From: Octopus vulgaris
Taxonomy: Eukaryota
Reading direction: 5' to 3'
Assembly (NCBI GenBank): GCA_951406725.2
Contig: OX597815.1
Coordinates: 165,230,001-165,294,000, forward strand
Length of the DNA: 64,000 bases
Positions within the stretch are counted from its first letter, which is position 1. Every line of letters starts with the position of its first letter. The translations under genes were made by a program, and so were the position numbers. A model generated the notes under the pieces. That model ran no database searches, was not told the DNA's origin, and saw only the letters and a program-made list of their open reading frames with translations. Below are positions 29,970 through 45,502 of the stretch, piece after piece.

Positions 29970-31342
29970 TATCTATACACAGAGACAGACATACATATAC
30001 ATAAGCATATACCTACATATAGATACATACGCATACAAACATATTTATACACGCATACATACATACATACGTGCATATATACATATACAATCATGACAAC
30101 CTAGATGATGCTGTATACAATTTCAATGAGAAATCTTTGTTCCTAGGCTGAAAACCGGATCTTTGTAATTTTAAAAATAAAACTAGAAGTAGCTAAGCAA
30201 ACACACACGCGCACACGTACGCACGCACACGCACGCACGCACGCACATCCATACAAATATACCTACATACTATTAGCTAAAAAAATGTGCGCTGAGAAAC
30301 AAACAGGTTGTTATACTGTTAAGAAGACTCTTAATACAGAGTAAAATATAAACATCAGACCTTAGAGATTGAGGAACAAGTAGATTAAAAGCCGTTTAGC
30401 GTTGTTGCTATAGTTGTTTAGCACCAGGTCAGTGGTAATCAAAGGCGTTCCTATCATGGCTATCACGTCATTTATTTTTCAGGCATAGCATATCTAGGTC
30501 TACATTGTCAAATGACTGATAGATCAAGGGACAAACAGATAGATTAAATTTAGTGTTGTTGCTCTTTAGTAGAAAAGTCAATTCTCATTAGGCAGACTTA
30601 TGACAAAATGCAACCCATCTTATTATTTTCTTCTCCGTGCACAAGTGTATCAAGGACTATATCATCCAATGAGTCCTTTAAAAGTATACATATGTTGAGG
30701 TATGAGTTAAGATGGGTTTTGCTGCTATTTCTAGCATGTCGATTGAATACGGAAAGACTCCCACTCTTTGGCTCGGAAACGCGTGTGTGTTGTTGGAAAT
30801 GGTAAAATGAATGGAAGCGGGTTCAAATCGTAGGGTAGGTGAGATGTTTTACTATTTTACCCTGTAGTAAATACTGTCTTGGGTGTTAAGTTTTGATTAG
30901 AATCGCAATGAAGAAGTTTGGTTACAATTAATACAATATATGTATATGTACGTATGTATGTATGTATATGTATACATACATACATGCATACATACATATA
31001 TATGTATGTATGTGTGTGTGTGTTTGTATATATAAAAAACATATATATATATATATATATATATACATATTTACATATAGACACACACACACATATATAT
31101 ATATACATATGTGAATTTACACATATATACACATGCATGTACATATACATATATATATGTACACATTTATCTGCACACACATACACACACACATATATAT
31201 ATATATGTATACACACATATATGTATACACACACACACACATATATATATATACACACACAGAGATACGTGCACGCACACATCTATGTGAGTGTACGTAT
31301 GTCCGTACGTATATATGTATGTATGTGTATATACATATATAA

Positions 31343-31373
<31 letters not shown>

Positions 31374-31391
31374 CATACATATGTATGTGTT

Positions 31392-31433
<42 letters not shown>

Positions 31434-31569
31434 GGTCTTAACCCATTACTTTTTATTCTGAGAAGTTACATACTAGTAGCTTTAAACCTATTAGAATGGA
31501 AAAGACAGTCAGAAGGCGTTGTTAGGTGGCTGCGGTGAAGAGGGACAGAGAGAACGAGGCCGAACAAGG

Positions 31570-31608
<39 letters not shown>

Positions 31609-31868
31609 GAAAAGAAAGAAAAGGAAGGGAAATGAAGGAAAATCATCAGTTATCCTTACAGTATGTTGTGTGTGTGTGCGCTCGCGCGTTTTTTTTTTCC
31701 TTAGTCAAAGAGTAAATAAAAGCATACTGAGGTTGTTAAAGATTGAGCAACTGAGGGAGGAGAAAAAAAGAGGGAAAAGGAAACAAAATGATAGAGGATC
31801 GATAGACAGCAAGAAAGAGAAATAGAAAGATATATAGACAGATAGATAGATAGATGTAGAGAGAGTGA

Positions 31869-31906
<38 letters not shown>

Positions 31907-32274
31907 TAATGAAAGAGAAAGTGTAAGAACTGAAAGTGAGAGATAAGATGATGAATGACAAAAATTTGGAACACGTACAGTCACGCACGCGCGCGCGCAT
32001 ACATACACAGACACACACACACACACACACACACACCCACATGTGCCCACAACTACAGGAAGAAGACAAAAGGAGGAAAAGAAGCTAAAAACAGGATTGG
32101 ATGTGTGTAAGAAGATGACCGGAGAGAAGAGAACCACTGACAGAAAAATCAATCGCAACGAAGAGGCGCGAAAAAGAAAAACATAATATTATGGTAGAAT
32201 AAAAATAAGTTGAGAAAGAAAAATCGAGAAAGCTTGCATGTATGGTAGAGAGTATTGTATGTTTCTGTAACTAG

Positions 32275-32750
<476 letters not shown>

Positions 32751-33154
32751 TCACACTCACACGCTCGAACACGCACACACATGTATGATATATGTGTGTG
32801 TGTGTATGTGTGTGATGAATGCGTAAATATAGATATAAACATTTACATCTGTATCTATCTAAATATATATATACACATACATACATACATACATACATAC
32901 ATACATACATACATACATACATACATAAATACATATATACATACATACATACATGCATACATACATATGTATATATACATATATGTGTGAGTGTGTAAAA
33001 ATATATGGAAGAGAATGGAGGGTAAAGAGTGAGGGATGAGAATAAGAAAGAAAAAGACACAATAAACAATGAAATAATGAAAGAAATGAAAGAAAAACAA
33101 ACGAAGAATGAAAAAAATAGAGAAAGAAAGGGGAAAACAGAAACAAAAATATCG

Positions 33155-33224
<70 letters not shown>

Positions 33225-33713
33225 GTCTGTCTATCTGTCTATCTTTCGACGTGAAAGAAATATAATACTACAAATTAAAGATAACCCAAAACGAAAACAA
33301 TAACAAAATGAAAACCACTTGAAAACAAAGAATACAAAGTCCCCCACCCCACCACCGCCCACCACTACTACTCCAAGAACGAGTTTCTTGAAAAAGTCTG
33401 GGGCTCTGTAATTTCTTTTACAAAAGGAACAAAATTACTGACTTAGTTTTTTTCTTCATAAATAAACAAAATCAATCAGTCGATTTATCGAATTATTTAT
33501 TATATATGAAGTATGAATGACAGATGCAAAAGTGAGAGAGAGAGAGAGAGAGAGAGAGAAGGAAAGAAAGAAGGAAAGATTTTTAAAAAAACAATTAAGA
33601 AAAAATCGGGAGCGATGAAGAAGTGTGGAAAAAAAAAATGGATAAATCCCTCGAGATTTTTTGTTTGTATGAAATTGGTAAAAAAGAAAAAAACCAAATC
33701 CAATCGCACTTAC

Positions 33714-33768
33714 CTCTTTCAATGAGGCTGAGCACAAGAAGCATCAAGAAGAGGGGACTTACATCCAT
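33714..33768 (-). CDS. Probable first coding exon (55 nt, phase 1) of a secreted or membrane protein; signal-peptide-like MDVSPLFLMLLVLSLIER
   Basis: Minus strand reads aaag ATG GAT GTA AGT CCC CTC TTC TTG ATG CTT CTT GTG CTC AGC CTC ATT GAA AGA G|gtaagt. Good Kozak context, hydrophobic core, consensus donor, and it lies in a non-repetitive island. No downstream exon found in the window, so identity is unknown. Confidence 0.65.
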
Positions 33769-34094
33769 CTTTAGTTAGTTGCTGTTCATAAGCAAATGTC
33801 AGACGGTCCAACATCCGGGGGATTACTGCTGCCTCCGCCTCCACCTCTCTTGCACTCTTACTTCTAGCTTCTCTTTCTTTACTTCTTTTTCGTCTTCTTC
33901 CCCTCCTCCTCCTCCTCCTCCTCTCTACACGCTCTTACTTCGTCTTCTTTCACTTACAGCATTTTTCTGCCCCTCACTTTTCCTCCTATTCTTATTAGTT
34001 TACTTTTCATTCATTCGTTTCGTTCGTTTATTTATTTATTTATTTATTTATTTCGATTCTTTATTTATTTCTTCCAATCTCTCTTTCAATCGCT

Positions 34095-34151
<57 letters not shown>

Positions 34152-34157
34152 TTTATT

Positions 34158-34225
<68 letters not shown>

Positions 34226-35038
34226 CCTATCTTTCTTTCTTGCTTTCTGTCTTTCTTTCTCTCTTTCTTTCCTTCTTTGTCTCTTTCTTTCCTTTTTTCT
34301 CTCTTTCTTTCTCTCTTTCTCTCTTTCTTTCTTTCTCTCTTTCTTTCTCTCTTTCTTTCTTTCTTTCTTTTTTTCTTTCTTTCTTTCTTTCTGCTACCAC
34401 TCACATTTTCTTTCTCTTCACAACACAACGTTCCCTTACGTTTTTCTTGATCGCCATTTCGGAAAATCACTATCACATTGAGACATTTAAACATCCCTGC
34501 ACACACACACACATACATGCACACATTCACGCACACACACACACACGCACACACACACACACACACACACGCACACACACTTACAAACAACGAATGTTTA
34601 TTTACACAAGAGACTATTTTATAAACATACATAATCAGCTACAAACTCCTCAACACAGCCACAAGCACATACACACACATACACACACATACACACACAG
34701 ACCACATGTACGCATATGCAACATAAACTGCTCATACATATATGCATACATACGCAGAAGCAGAAAAAGTTTGCAGATGTATGCACCTAGATCCATGTGC
34801 AATCGCGCGCGCGCGCATTCACAGGATCGCCTACGTCCTCCATAATGCATGCATGCAAGAGCACGCATATGCAGAGCTTCGAATAAAAATTACAAGGTCT
34901 GATTTCTGAAAGTTTGGCTGCTATTTCTAGCAGTTCGATGAGCAATGGAAAGGGTCCACTCGTAGGCCTGGCCGGAATAGAATGAGTTTATAGAGGGTCA
35001 CATGTTTCATATATATGAGTGTATGTGTGTGTGTGTGT

Positions 35039-35069
<31 letters not shown>

Positions 35070-35204
35070 CATGTATGTATATGTATACACACACACACAC
35101 ACACACATGCACACACATATGCATATATGCATGCATACATGTCAACATAACATATTATATATATGTGTGTGTGTGTGTATATGTATATGTATATATATAT
35201 ATAT

Positions 35205-35386
35205 TTCTTTACTACCCACAAGGGGCTAAACACAGAGGAGACAAACAAGGACAGACAAAGGGATTAAGTCGATTACATCGACCCCAGTGTGTAACTGGTA
35301 CTTAATTTATCGACTCCGAAAGGATGAAAGGCAAAGTGGACCTCGGCGGAATTTGAACTCAGAACGTAACGGCAGACGAAATGCGG

Positions 35387-35390
<4 letters not shown>
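35205..35390 (-). mobile_element. SINE family A
   Basis: Consensus match; head truncated at (TA)n. Confidence 0.85.
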
Positions 35391-35454
<64 letters not shown>

Positions 35455-35972
35455 CATATATATGGAGAGAGAGAGAGAGAGAGAGAGAGAAGTATCTCGG
35501 GAGCGTCATTACACCAGTAAATAATACACGCACCGGTTCTGTTTCACTTCTTTGTTATTTACTTATCAATTGCTAAACTAACCACTTTAACTAATCGATT
35601 GTTTGATTAATCGTTCGGTCAGTTAATCACTGAATCAATCGATCAGTTAGGTTTGAAGCAGACCTGGAGTAAGAGAGGACATGTCATAGACGAGGCCACC
35701 AATGATGTTGAAAGAACTTTGATTAAACTGGTTGACTGAGGGACCGAAGAATTAATCAAACAATCACTAATGTTCATTGATTTTGTAGTAAACCAATTGA
35801 CAAATAAATAATGAAGAAGTGAAATAGAGAACGTGCGCGTGTCATTAGGCCAATGACATTCTCGAGATAAACAAAATATATTTAGACACTCGTGTTCACA
35901 TCAAGAATCTAGCAACCAAATATATATTAAAAGTGTAATATATATATATATATATATAAATACATACATACA

Positions 35973-36009
<37 letters not shown>

Positions 36010-36983
36010 GTAGATAAATGAATTATCTTATTACGGATAATTCAAATGATAAAAGTAATATGTGACAATTATTCGGTAGCCATGATAAAACTCCGAGTTT
36101 CGGATGCCGATGTGGAAATAATTGTCACATACTTTTACAGATAAATTCCTCTATTTACATAATATCGAGGTCTCTTTCATTCTTTTGTTGTCTTACCATT
36201 CCAACTTATATTCACCCAATACAGCACTGTGTTTTCACTATCTTTTTAAAATATTTGGTATTTCTTTTAAATGTACAGAGCGAGCGCTTCGTTCCCCTGT
36301 CTGTTTCTAGTTGAATTGTATACCAACCACTCGTGATGCCAACAACTACTACATGTTATGTAACTAAGCGTACAACTGTCTTTAGTTCAACACCGGCTGG
36401 CAAACTGACTAGTAAACGAAACCGAAAGTTGCACTGTAAGCAAGGGCATTACAAGCTGGAGTGGGGCAAAAATGGCTGCAGGTGGGAGAGGCTCAAGATG
36501 TTAGCTCAATGAAGGTGACGCTTACCAAAAGTTTCCTTGCTCTTAGGCGCTGAGAATCCTTCAAAAATTACTTTGTGATATATGGGCTATGTATTCTTGT
36601 CATAGTATATTTACAGTCCATTCTCCTCGTTCGCTTAATTCACGTAGATTTAAAGTCAAAAGACTGACAACCTGTGAAGTTGTTCTGCACTCTCGGTATT
36701 TAAATATTTCTTTAAAAAAAATATATCGCTTTGGTTTATCTGCCTATATGTATGTTCTACGTATGCATGTATGTACATATGTACATATACGTGTGTGCGT
36801 GAGTGTGTGTGTGTGTGTTTTGCACACATACATGCATACTTATACACATACACATACACACACCCCCTACATTCATATATATGTATACACATATGCATAA
36901 GCATACACACATCCGCGCACGCACACAGACACACACACACACACAGACACACACACACACACACAGACACACACACAGACACA

Positions 36984-37048
<65 letters not shown>

Positions 37049-37481
37049 GTTTGTTTAATTTAGTTTTCCCTTCTAAATAATTCGTTCCTTTTACAAATAT
37101 TTAATTGCAATTTATTCTGAGACGATTTTCATACTTTTTCAATTCAATTTAATTGAATTCATTACTTTTTAATGTAATTTTCTTTTATTTAACATTTTAC
37201 ATTTTCTTTTTTCCCCCTTATCACTCTCCTTACATACATCCATCCATCCATACATACATACATATATACATACATACATGCATATATGTATATACACATA
37301 TATATATATATATATATACGTACGAACATACGTACACTCACATACATATATGCGTGTGTGCGTGCACGTATCTGTGTGTGTGTGTATATATATATATGTG
37401 TGTGTGTGTATATATATACATATATGTGTGTGTGTGTACAGATAAATGTGTACATATATATATGTATATGTGTATATTCAC

Positions 37482-37541
<60 letters not shown>

Positions 37542-37817
37542 CTATATGTAAATATGTATATATATATATAGATTCACACACACACACTTACACACACACA
37601 CACACACACATATATACATACATATTTATGTATGCATATGTATGTAAAAGAAATGTGTATATATATGCATGTATGCGTGCATGTGTGTGCACGTGTGTGT
37701 GACAATTATTCGAAAATAAGAGACTCTTTAACTTCATTCTTTCCTCATCTGTCGTCTGACTGACTGTCCGTCTGCCTGTCTGCCTGCCTGCCTGTCTGCC
37801 TGTCTGCCTGTCTGCTG

Positions 37818-37856
<39 letters not shown>

Positions 37857-38350
37857 CTCACTCTGTCAATAAGTCATTCAGTCACTCACTCACTCACTCA
37901 CTGTGTGGTCTGTATTTCAAGCTGTCTACCTTTTATATTTCTCACTCTGAAGTTAAGTTATGCTTTGTTTTCTGTAAGGGGAAAATAAATAAATAAATAA
38001 AATAAAATAAAATAAAATAAAATAAAATAAAATAAAGAATAAAAAAACAACTACCCGCTTTTTCTGATGAAATACGTTCTTTTCTTTCATTTCATTTCAT
38101 CATACTATTTTTCTCTCGTTCATTCAAAACATATTCTTCCGTCTATTTTACCTTTTCTTAATTTTTAAACTCCTTTTCCAAAATTACAATATATATATTT
38201 TTTTTCTCTCTCTCCCCAATCTATTTCTTTCTTTCTATATAATTTCCAAAATATTATTCCTTTTCTAAGCTAGATTACATTAAAACTGTTCACTCATTCA
38301 TTCTCTCTTCACGCTTCGCTTTATTATCCTCTATTATTCTCCGTTTTTCT

Positions 38351-38397
<47 letters not shown>

Positions 38398-38809
38398 CAT
38401 ACTTTCGTTTCTATAGTTTCTTTTCATTATGTATTCCTTCGACAAAACACGCAAATGAACAAAACATTCAAACGTGTACACAAACACTTACACGCACACA
38501 AAGTACTAAATACACACACACACACGCATATATACACGAATACACACAGAGTGACAGATGCGCACAAATACACAGTAGCACGCACACACATATACAAACA
38601 ATCACACGCACACATACACAAATACACAAATACACAAATATGCATACAAACACACAGAAATACGCACAAGCACAGGCAAATATACACGAACACACATACA
38701 CAAACACACACACGCACACACACAACCACATACACAGAAACACGTACATAAACAAATACACATACAAACACACACATACACAAACACACACATACAAGCG
38801 CACATTCAC

Positions 38810-39171
38810 ACACAAACAATAGCAAACACACACACACTATCACACATACACATACAAACAATAGCAAACACACACACAAGCATCCATACACAAACACGTA
38901 ACAAACAACACACAAACATGCAAGTACGCACACACACACACACACAGACACACACACACACTATCACACATACACACACAAACAATAGCAAACACACACA
39001 CAAGCATCCATACACAAACACGTAACAAACAACACACAAACATGCAAGCACGCACACACACACACAGACACACACAGACACACACACATACACTATCACA
39101 CATACACATACAAACAATAGCAAACACACATAAGCATCCATACACAAACACGTAACACATAAACATGCAAG

Positions 39172-39212
<41 letters not shown>

Positions 39213-39295
39213 TCACACATACACATACAAACAATAGCAAACACACACATAAGCATCCATACACAAACACGTAACACACAACACACAAACATGCA

Positions 39296-39333
<38 letters not shown>

Positions 39334-39560
39334 GACACACACACTATCACATACACATACAAACAATAGTAAACACACACATAAGCATCCATACACAAAC
39401 ACGTAACACACAAACACGTAACACACAAACACGTAACACACGCACACACACACAGACACACAGACACACACACACTTTCACACATACACACACAAGCATC
39501 CATACACAAACACGTAACAAACAACACACAAACATGCAAGCACGCTCACACACACACACA
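38810..39560. repeat. Compound minisatellite, ~110-130-bp unit, ~6 copies, on a CA background
   Basis: gcatccatacacaaacacgtaac recurs at ~38880, 39004, 39134, 39253, 39384 and 39495. Confidence 0.85.
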
Positions 39561-39879
39561 CAGACACACACACATAGACACACACACTCTATCACACATG
39601 CACATACAAACACACAAACGTACACAATCATAAACACAGACTCGCAAACTGGCACACATATGCACACACATACAAGTACACACACACAAATACACTAAAC
39701 GTACACAAATACACACAAACACTTATAGGCAAACACATACACGTACAAGCACACACATACACAGACAAGCCTACCCATCACCAGTTTCCATTTTTTCCCC
39801 CTGTTGTTTCTCCTTCATTCGTTGTCTCTCATCCACCTCTTTATACTTCGCCCTGGTGGCAAATAAAAGAAAGCATTAC

Positions 39880-39984
<105 letters not shown>

Positions 39985-40300
39985 TATTATTATGTAATTA
40001 TAATTATTATTATAATTATTATCATTATTGTAAAGATTATTACTCTCCTAGTAAACCGTGAGCTGTTTTGACACCTACGTGGTCAGATGAACGAAGAAAG
40101 CCTGTATGGGGGGATTAATCGATGTTATCTACTATCAGGAATGTGGAACAAACGCATCCAAAAACTCAGTCTTCGATGATACGATAGTGATGACAAAAAC
40201 CAAATATTATTGTAACCTCTTGACTTCCTCTCCGTCAGACTTCTGCCTTCTTTCCTCACGGGTTTACTGTCTCATATATATACATACATACATACATACA

Positions 40301-40417
<117 letters not shown>

Positions 40418-40582
40418 TTTCTTCGACCTATTTTTTCATTGTTTTTTTTTTCTTCATTCATTCTTCTCTTATTTTATTTTCTCTCTCTTTCTCTCACTAA
40501 TTTTCTCCTGCATTTCCTGCTTTCTCTCAGCGATTATCCATATTTTCTTCTCTCACTCTCTTTAGCTTTTCAATGTCACTGA

Positions 40583-40668
<86 letters not shown>

Positions 40669-42390
40669 GTTTGCGTCTGTGTGACTGTCTACTTCTTTTT
40701 CTCTTCTCTCTCTCTGTTTCTGTCAGTCTCTCTCTCTCCCTATCTCTCTCTCTCTCTCTCTCTCTACTGACACTGTTTTGTCGTCTGCTATTCGTGAATC
40801 CTTACATTGCCACTAACCTGCACCCCTTCCTCTCACTGTCTTCACATTTCCATCAGCTAAAGAATCCTTACAGTGCCACTGATTAATTCGACAAATCCTT
40901 TCCATTGCGCCCACCCCCATCATCTATGTATGTATGTATGTATGTATGTATGTATGTATGTATGTATGTATGTATGTATGTATGTATGTATGTATGTATG
41001 TACGTATGTATGTACGTATGTATGATTGTCATGTGTCTAGCTCTAGTTTTCTGTCGTCTGCTATCAACGAATCCCTACAATAATTCAATCTCGACCCCTC
41101 TCTTTTATTTTATTCTCCCTCCCTCTATTTATACATGCAATTCTCACCTAGCCTCTCTTTTTCATTCCTCATTTTGTTCATTTTCCATATTTCTTCTTTC
41201 TCCCCACCTCTCTCTCTCTCACGCATTCTCTCTAATTTAATGTCGTCTGCTTTCAGTGAATCTTTACGGAGAGATACAATGGCTCTCTGTTTTATCACTA
41301 AGCTATGCAAGAAACCTATTGAATGACTATTGAATGCAAACATGCATGAGTATACATAAATAGATGCATATAAATACACAAGCTTTTATACATAAATATC
41401 ACAAAGGTATATATGCTAGGCAAAATGCACATCTCTCACACATTATAATCATTTATGCATTTATGCATTTATGCACACACACACTAATTTGACTGCTATT
41501 TCTAGTAGGTCGAGAGATGATGCCAGGGACTACATCGAAAGAAGCATGACAAAGCTTCTACCACTAGCGCCCAATCCATCATTAAGGTCGTAATCGGTAT
41601 CACAATTCGAAACCCCCAAACCCACCACTGATTGATAACTGGTGTTGGTTTGTTTACGTCCCCATAACTTAGCGGTTCGGCAAAATAGTCCAATAGAATA
41701 GGTACCTGACTTAACATAACTACTGAGGCCGATTTGTTCGGCTAACTCAACAAGGCGGTGCTCCAGCATGGCTACGGTTCAATAATTGTGAATATATGTA
41801 AGTGAATGTGTGTGTGCGTCTGTGCGCACGCGCGCGTGTATATGCACTCTTTTACTTTCGTTCATTTTTACGTGTACCATTATGCGCATAAGTGGTTGAA
41901 TATTCCACAGGCACGTCTACTCCTAGCATATTTCTCAAGAAGACTTTATGTGATGAGGCGGTATACATTTTGACATTCAAGTACATCCGACACGCTTCCA
42001 TACAGTTTTCGCATATCCAGTTTTACACTCAAGGTATGTGTCAATCTGAGGCTGCAGAAAATGCCGTTTACCTACGAGGCCACGCAGTCGGATCGAATCA
42101 GGGACCTCATGCTTTTGAAGTGAACAACTTCAAAATTTGGTCATACTGCACGTGTGTGTGCTTGTGTGTGCACGCAAGCGCGCGCGTAAGTAAATTTGAG
42201 AGAAAAACCTGCGTTGCGTTAGAGATAATATCGAAATCGGAAAGGATTGCACAAAGAGGCAACGAAGAAACTGACAGGAAAGCCTGCTGAAGAACCCAGT
42301 TTAAAATCCCCGAAACGCCATATGTTAGAACGGTGCCAGTATGCCTTCATCAGAAGTGAAGACCTCCACCTCTGCACACACACTCCACCT

Positions 42391-42432
<42 letters not shown>

Positions 42433-42793
42433 TTATGTATATCTGTCGTATTCATAAACATTTGCACAAATACTCATATAAGTACTAATATCAAGACCAA
42501 CAAAGAAGCCCCTAGGTGGTTGCTTTTTCCTGTGTGGTAAGAAGTTTGCTTCCCAACCACATGGTTCCGGGTTCAGTCCCATTGCTTGACACCTTGGGCA
42601 AGTGTCTCCAACAGTCAAATCACCCTCAAACGATAATACAAAAAAATAAAAAGGAAAGACACTAAACTATGCCCTAAAACAAGAAATATGGAAGACAGGA
42701 TGGTCATAGTGGTGGCATGCCTCGATGAGGTCTTCCCCATCAGGTTGATGCCGGGCTTAATCATTAACAGCAGCAACAACAACAACAACAACA

Positions 42794-42861
<68 letters not shown>

Positions 42862-42907
42862 ACACTGAAGCGTGCAGCTTGGATACAACCGCATTAATCT
42901 TAGTATA

Positions 42908-43242
42908 AAAGGGTAAAGACCCCCTTCGGTCATGAGTGACCATGGGTTTGCACCTAGAGAGTTACCCTCTGAGGCACAAGTCTGGGCAAGGTTGTTTTTA
43001 TGGAAGACCAGTAGTCGCCCATGCATACCGGCCTCCCCTCTCCACGCCACCAGTGTTATCCAAGGGAAAGACAAAGGTCGATACAGCTTGGCACCAGTGA
43101 CGTCGCAACTCATTTCTACAGCTGAGTGAACTGGAGCAACGTGAAATAAAGTGCTTTGCTCAAGAACACAACACGCAGCCCGGTCCGGGATTCGAACTCA
43201 CAACCTCACGATCGTAAGCTCGACGCTCTAACCACTGAGCCA
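42908..43242 (-). mobile_element. SINE family C with 7-bp TSD tagtata
   Basis: A box ggctcagtggttagagc and B box gagttcgaatccc; TSD at 42901-42907 and 43243-43249. Confidence 0.88.
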
Positions 43243-43466
43243 TAGTATACAATTCCAAATATTGGTATGTAGTTAAGAAGGTTGCTTCTCAACCAATGTT
43301 GTGTTGGGTTCAGATCGACCTCGCGGCACCATGGACAAATGTATTCTACTGTTGTCCCGGCCCTACCAAAACTTTGTGAGTGGATTTGGTAGAGAAAAGC
43401 TAAAATAAACAATTCGTGTGTGTGTATGTATGTATGTATGTATGTATGTATATATAAAAATAAATA

Positions 43467-43546
<80 letters not shown>

Positions 43547-44331
43547 CACACACATAAACGACGGGCTTCTTTATGTTTCCGTCTACCAAATCCACTCACA
43601 AGGCTTTGGTCGACCCTAGGCTATGGGTGTAAAGCAGTGGGAGTGAATCTGGAACCATGTGGTTGGGAAGCAAAATTCTTACCACACAGCTACGATAAAC
43701 TGGCTCGAAAACAATTACGTAGGCAGGTTAAGTAGATACAGAAATTGCGGATGAGTCTCGCTTTTCCTAACAGAAGGGGAGAATGTGGAATTAATATATT
43801 CGCAACTTAAAAGACGAAAATGAAATAATAGGTTAGAGGAACAAATCAGGGGCTCTACGTGGAATAGGAAAGGAACAAGCCAACAGTTTGTAAGTTTAGC
43901 TCAAGCGATAAGTTGGTTAGTGAAGATTTGGTTTAGCGATGAACTGGATCGGCGTCGAATGGGAATCAGTGAGCAGGCAGCAGTGAATTGTGGCGATAAC
44001 TTTATTTAACGGCTTTTAAGGTACAGTTTATATTTCCTAAATGATATTGAAGAAAATCCGTTTGCATCTTATAAACATTTGATCAAGGTTTAGGTTACTG
44101 GCAAATGGCGGCTCAAGAAAAGGTCTATGAAAATTAAAGTGTGTCTTATGAGCTGTCAAACACGGAAGTTATCCCAAGCTGATTCGAAAACGTTTATACT
44201 AAGATTATATGAAGCATAAACTATGACAACAACGAGGGCAGATCCTGCACCTTTCATAAAGCTTTTCTCAGATTCTTACCAGGAAAGCCTCAAATGTCAT
44301 TGCTCAGGTTACTAGAAAGAACAGTTAAAAT

Positions 44332-44950
44332 ATCACAGACTTCAAGCAGCGCTTGAGTAACCACAAATCCTGCTTTAGGACGCCGGGGAAGCGTAACATC
44401 ACGTCCTTGACCAATTACGTATGGCATTTAAGAAGAGAGTGCGCCGTATATTATTAAGTGAAGGCTTTTAGAACAACCGGGGTCATACATCAACAGAATA
44501 AACAGTATAAGATTTGCTTGCCCGAGAGCGCAAGGATCCTGAAAAACTCCCTTGATCAATGACTTTTTTTTTAACTCCAGAAAAGTGTTTAGCCAATGTT
44601 CACATCAGAGGCATTTCCTGTTGCAAACTTGGAATTCATAATTTGTCGAATAGGAATACACCGCCAGCTTCGAAAATCGTTACGGACACGGCTCGAACCG
44701 ATGTAAGGTTGATAATCCCGCCCCACCCGAAGGTTTACTACTAGGATTTCGTTCCGAGTATTTTTTGCTTACACAACTAATTTACCATAACGTTTTCCTC
44801 TCTCCAGTTGTCGAGAGGTTATGCGCCTCCGGCCATTTGAGTCTGATGTGTCGTCTATACTTGGCGCCTTATAAGTGTGAAACCAATGGTCACTCTTTGA
44901 CCGGCTATAACAAATAACCTTCTTAATAAATTACTGCTATAATGTTTTAG
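44332..44950 (+). mobile_element. Penelope-like element 3' relic: C-terminal part of the GIY-YIG endonuclease plus pLTR
   Basis: Reads ITDFKQRLSNHKSCFRTPGKRNITSLTNYVWHLRRE / PYIIK*RLLEQ / KICLPESARIL..NSRK..CSHQRHFLL, matching the PLE pattern FKxRxxNHKxSF..TxLxxYxW..CL.E..N.R..CxH..LL. Followed by a hammerhead motif and AATAAA. Confidence 0.8.
44829..44904 (+). ncRNA. Type I hammerhead ribozyme motif (one core substitution)
   Basis: ccggcca-ttt-GAGT CTGATGT [stem II] GAAAC caatg GTC ACTC-tt-tgaccgg. Stem I pairs; core is CUGAUGU instead of CUGANGA. Confidence 0.65.
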
Positions 44951-45283
44951 AGTGTACTTCTTTTTCGTATATGTGAACTACTGACGATATATATATGTAA
45001 TATATACATGATTCAGGTAAATAAGGCGCTTAAATGGTAAAGCGCCGGTTGAGCCAGAATTAAAATGTATATACAGCAATAATAGCCGAATAGCAATATT
45101 GGTACAGATGTACTGACAGAAAGATATTTAGGTTATGTATACAATTAATTGAAGCCAACTAAATATATCATCAGTCCTTGGGCTAATTCAGAAACGCACA
45201 TTATATTAAATATACGGAACACGCGAGGAGCAGGCTCCGAGAGAGGTGAATCATAAATAAATAACAAACGATGGAGAGGTGTC

Positions 45284-45371
45284 AATTCATTACAGCTGTT
45301 TCCAACGAAGTTTTTAATTGATTAATCAATACATTTTATCATTATAAAATCCCATTTTCTTCAGATGAATT
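45284..45371 (-). ncRNA. Type I hammerhead ribozyme motif, intact core
   Basis: Minus strand: AATTCAT CTGAAGA [55-nt stem II region] GAAAC AGCT GTA ATGAATT. 7-bp stem I, palindromic ACAGCTGT. Confidence 0.75.
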
Positions 45372-45502
45372 CACGAATTATACAATTAAGATCATTTAAA
45401 AACCTTTTAAATCCTCAGCATGTACATATTTAGTGAATCCATTATCGTCGTGAAATCACTAAATATGCACATGCCGGAGATTTAAAATTTAAAATTCGTC
45501 TT

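Noticed and set aside
42278-42335. CTGAAGA...GAAAC hammerhead-like string
   Set aside because: No stem I or stem II pairing.
43190-43242. tRNA-like A/B boxes here and in other SINE heads
   Set aside because: No full cloverleaf; they continue into SINE bodies, so they are not tRNA genes.
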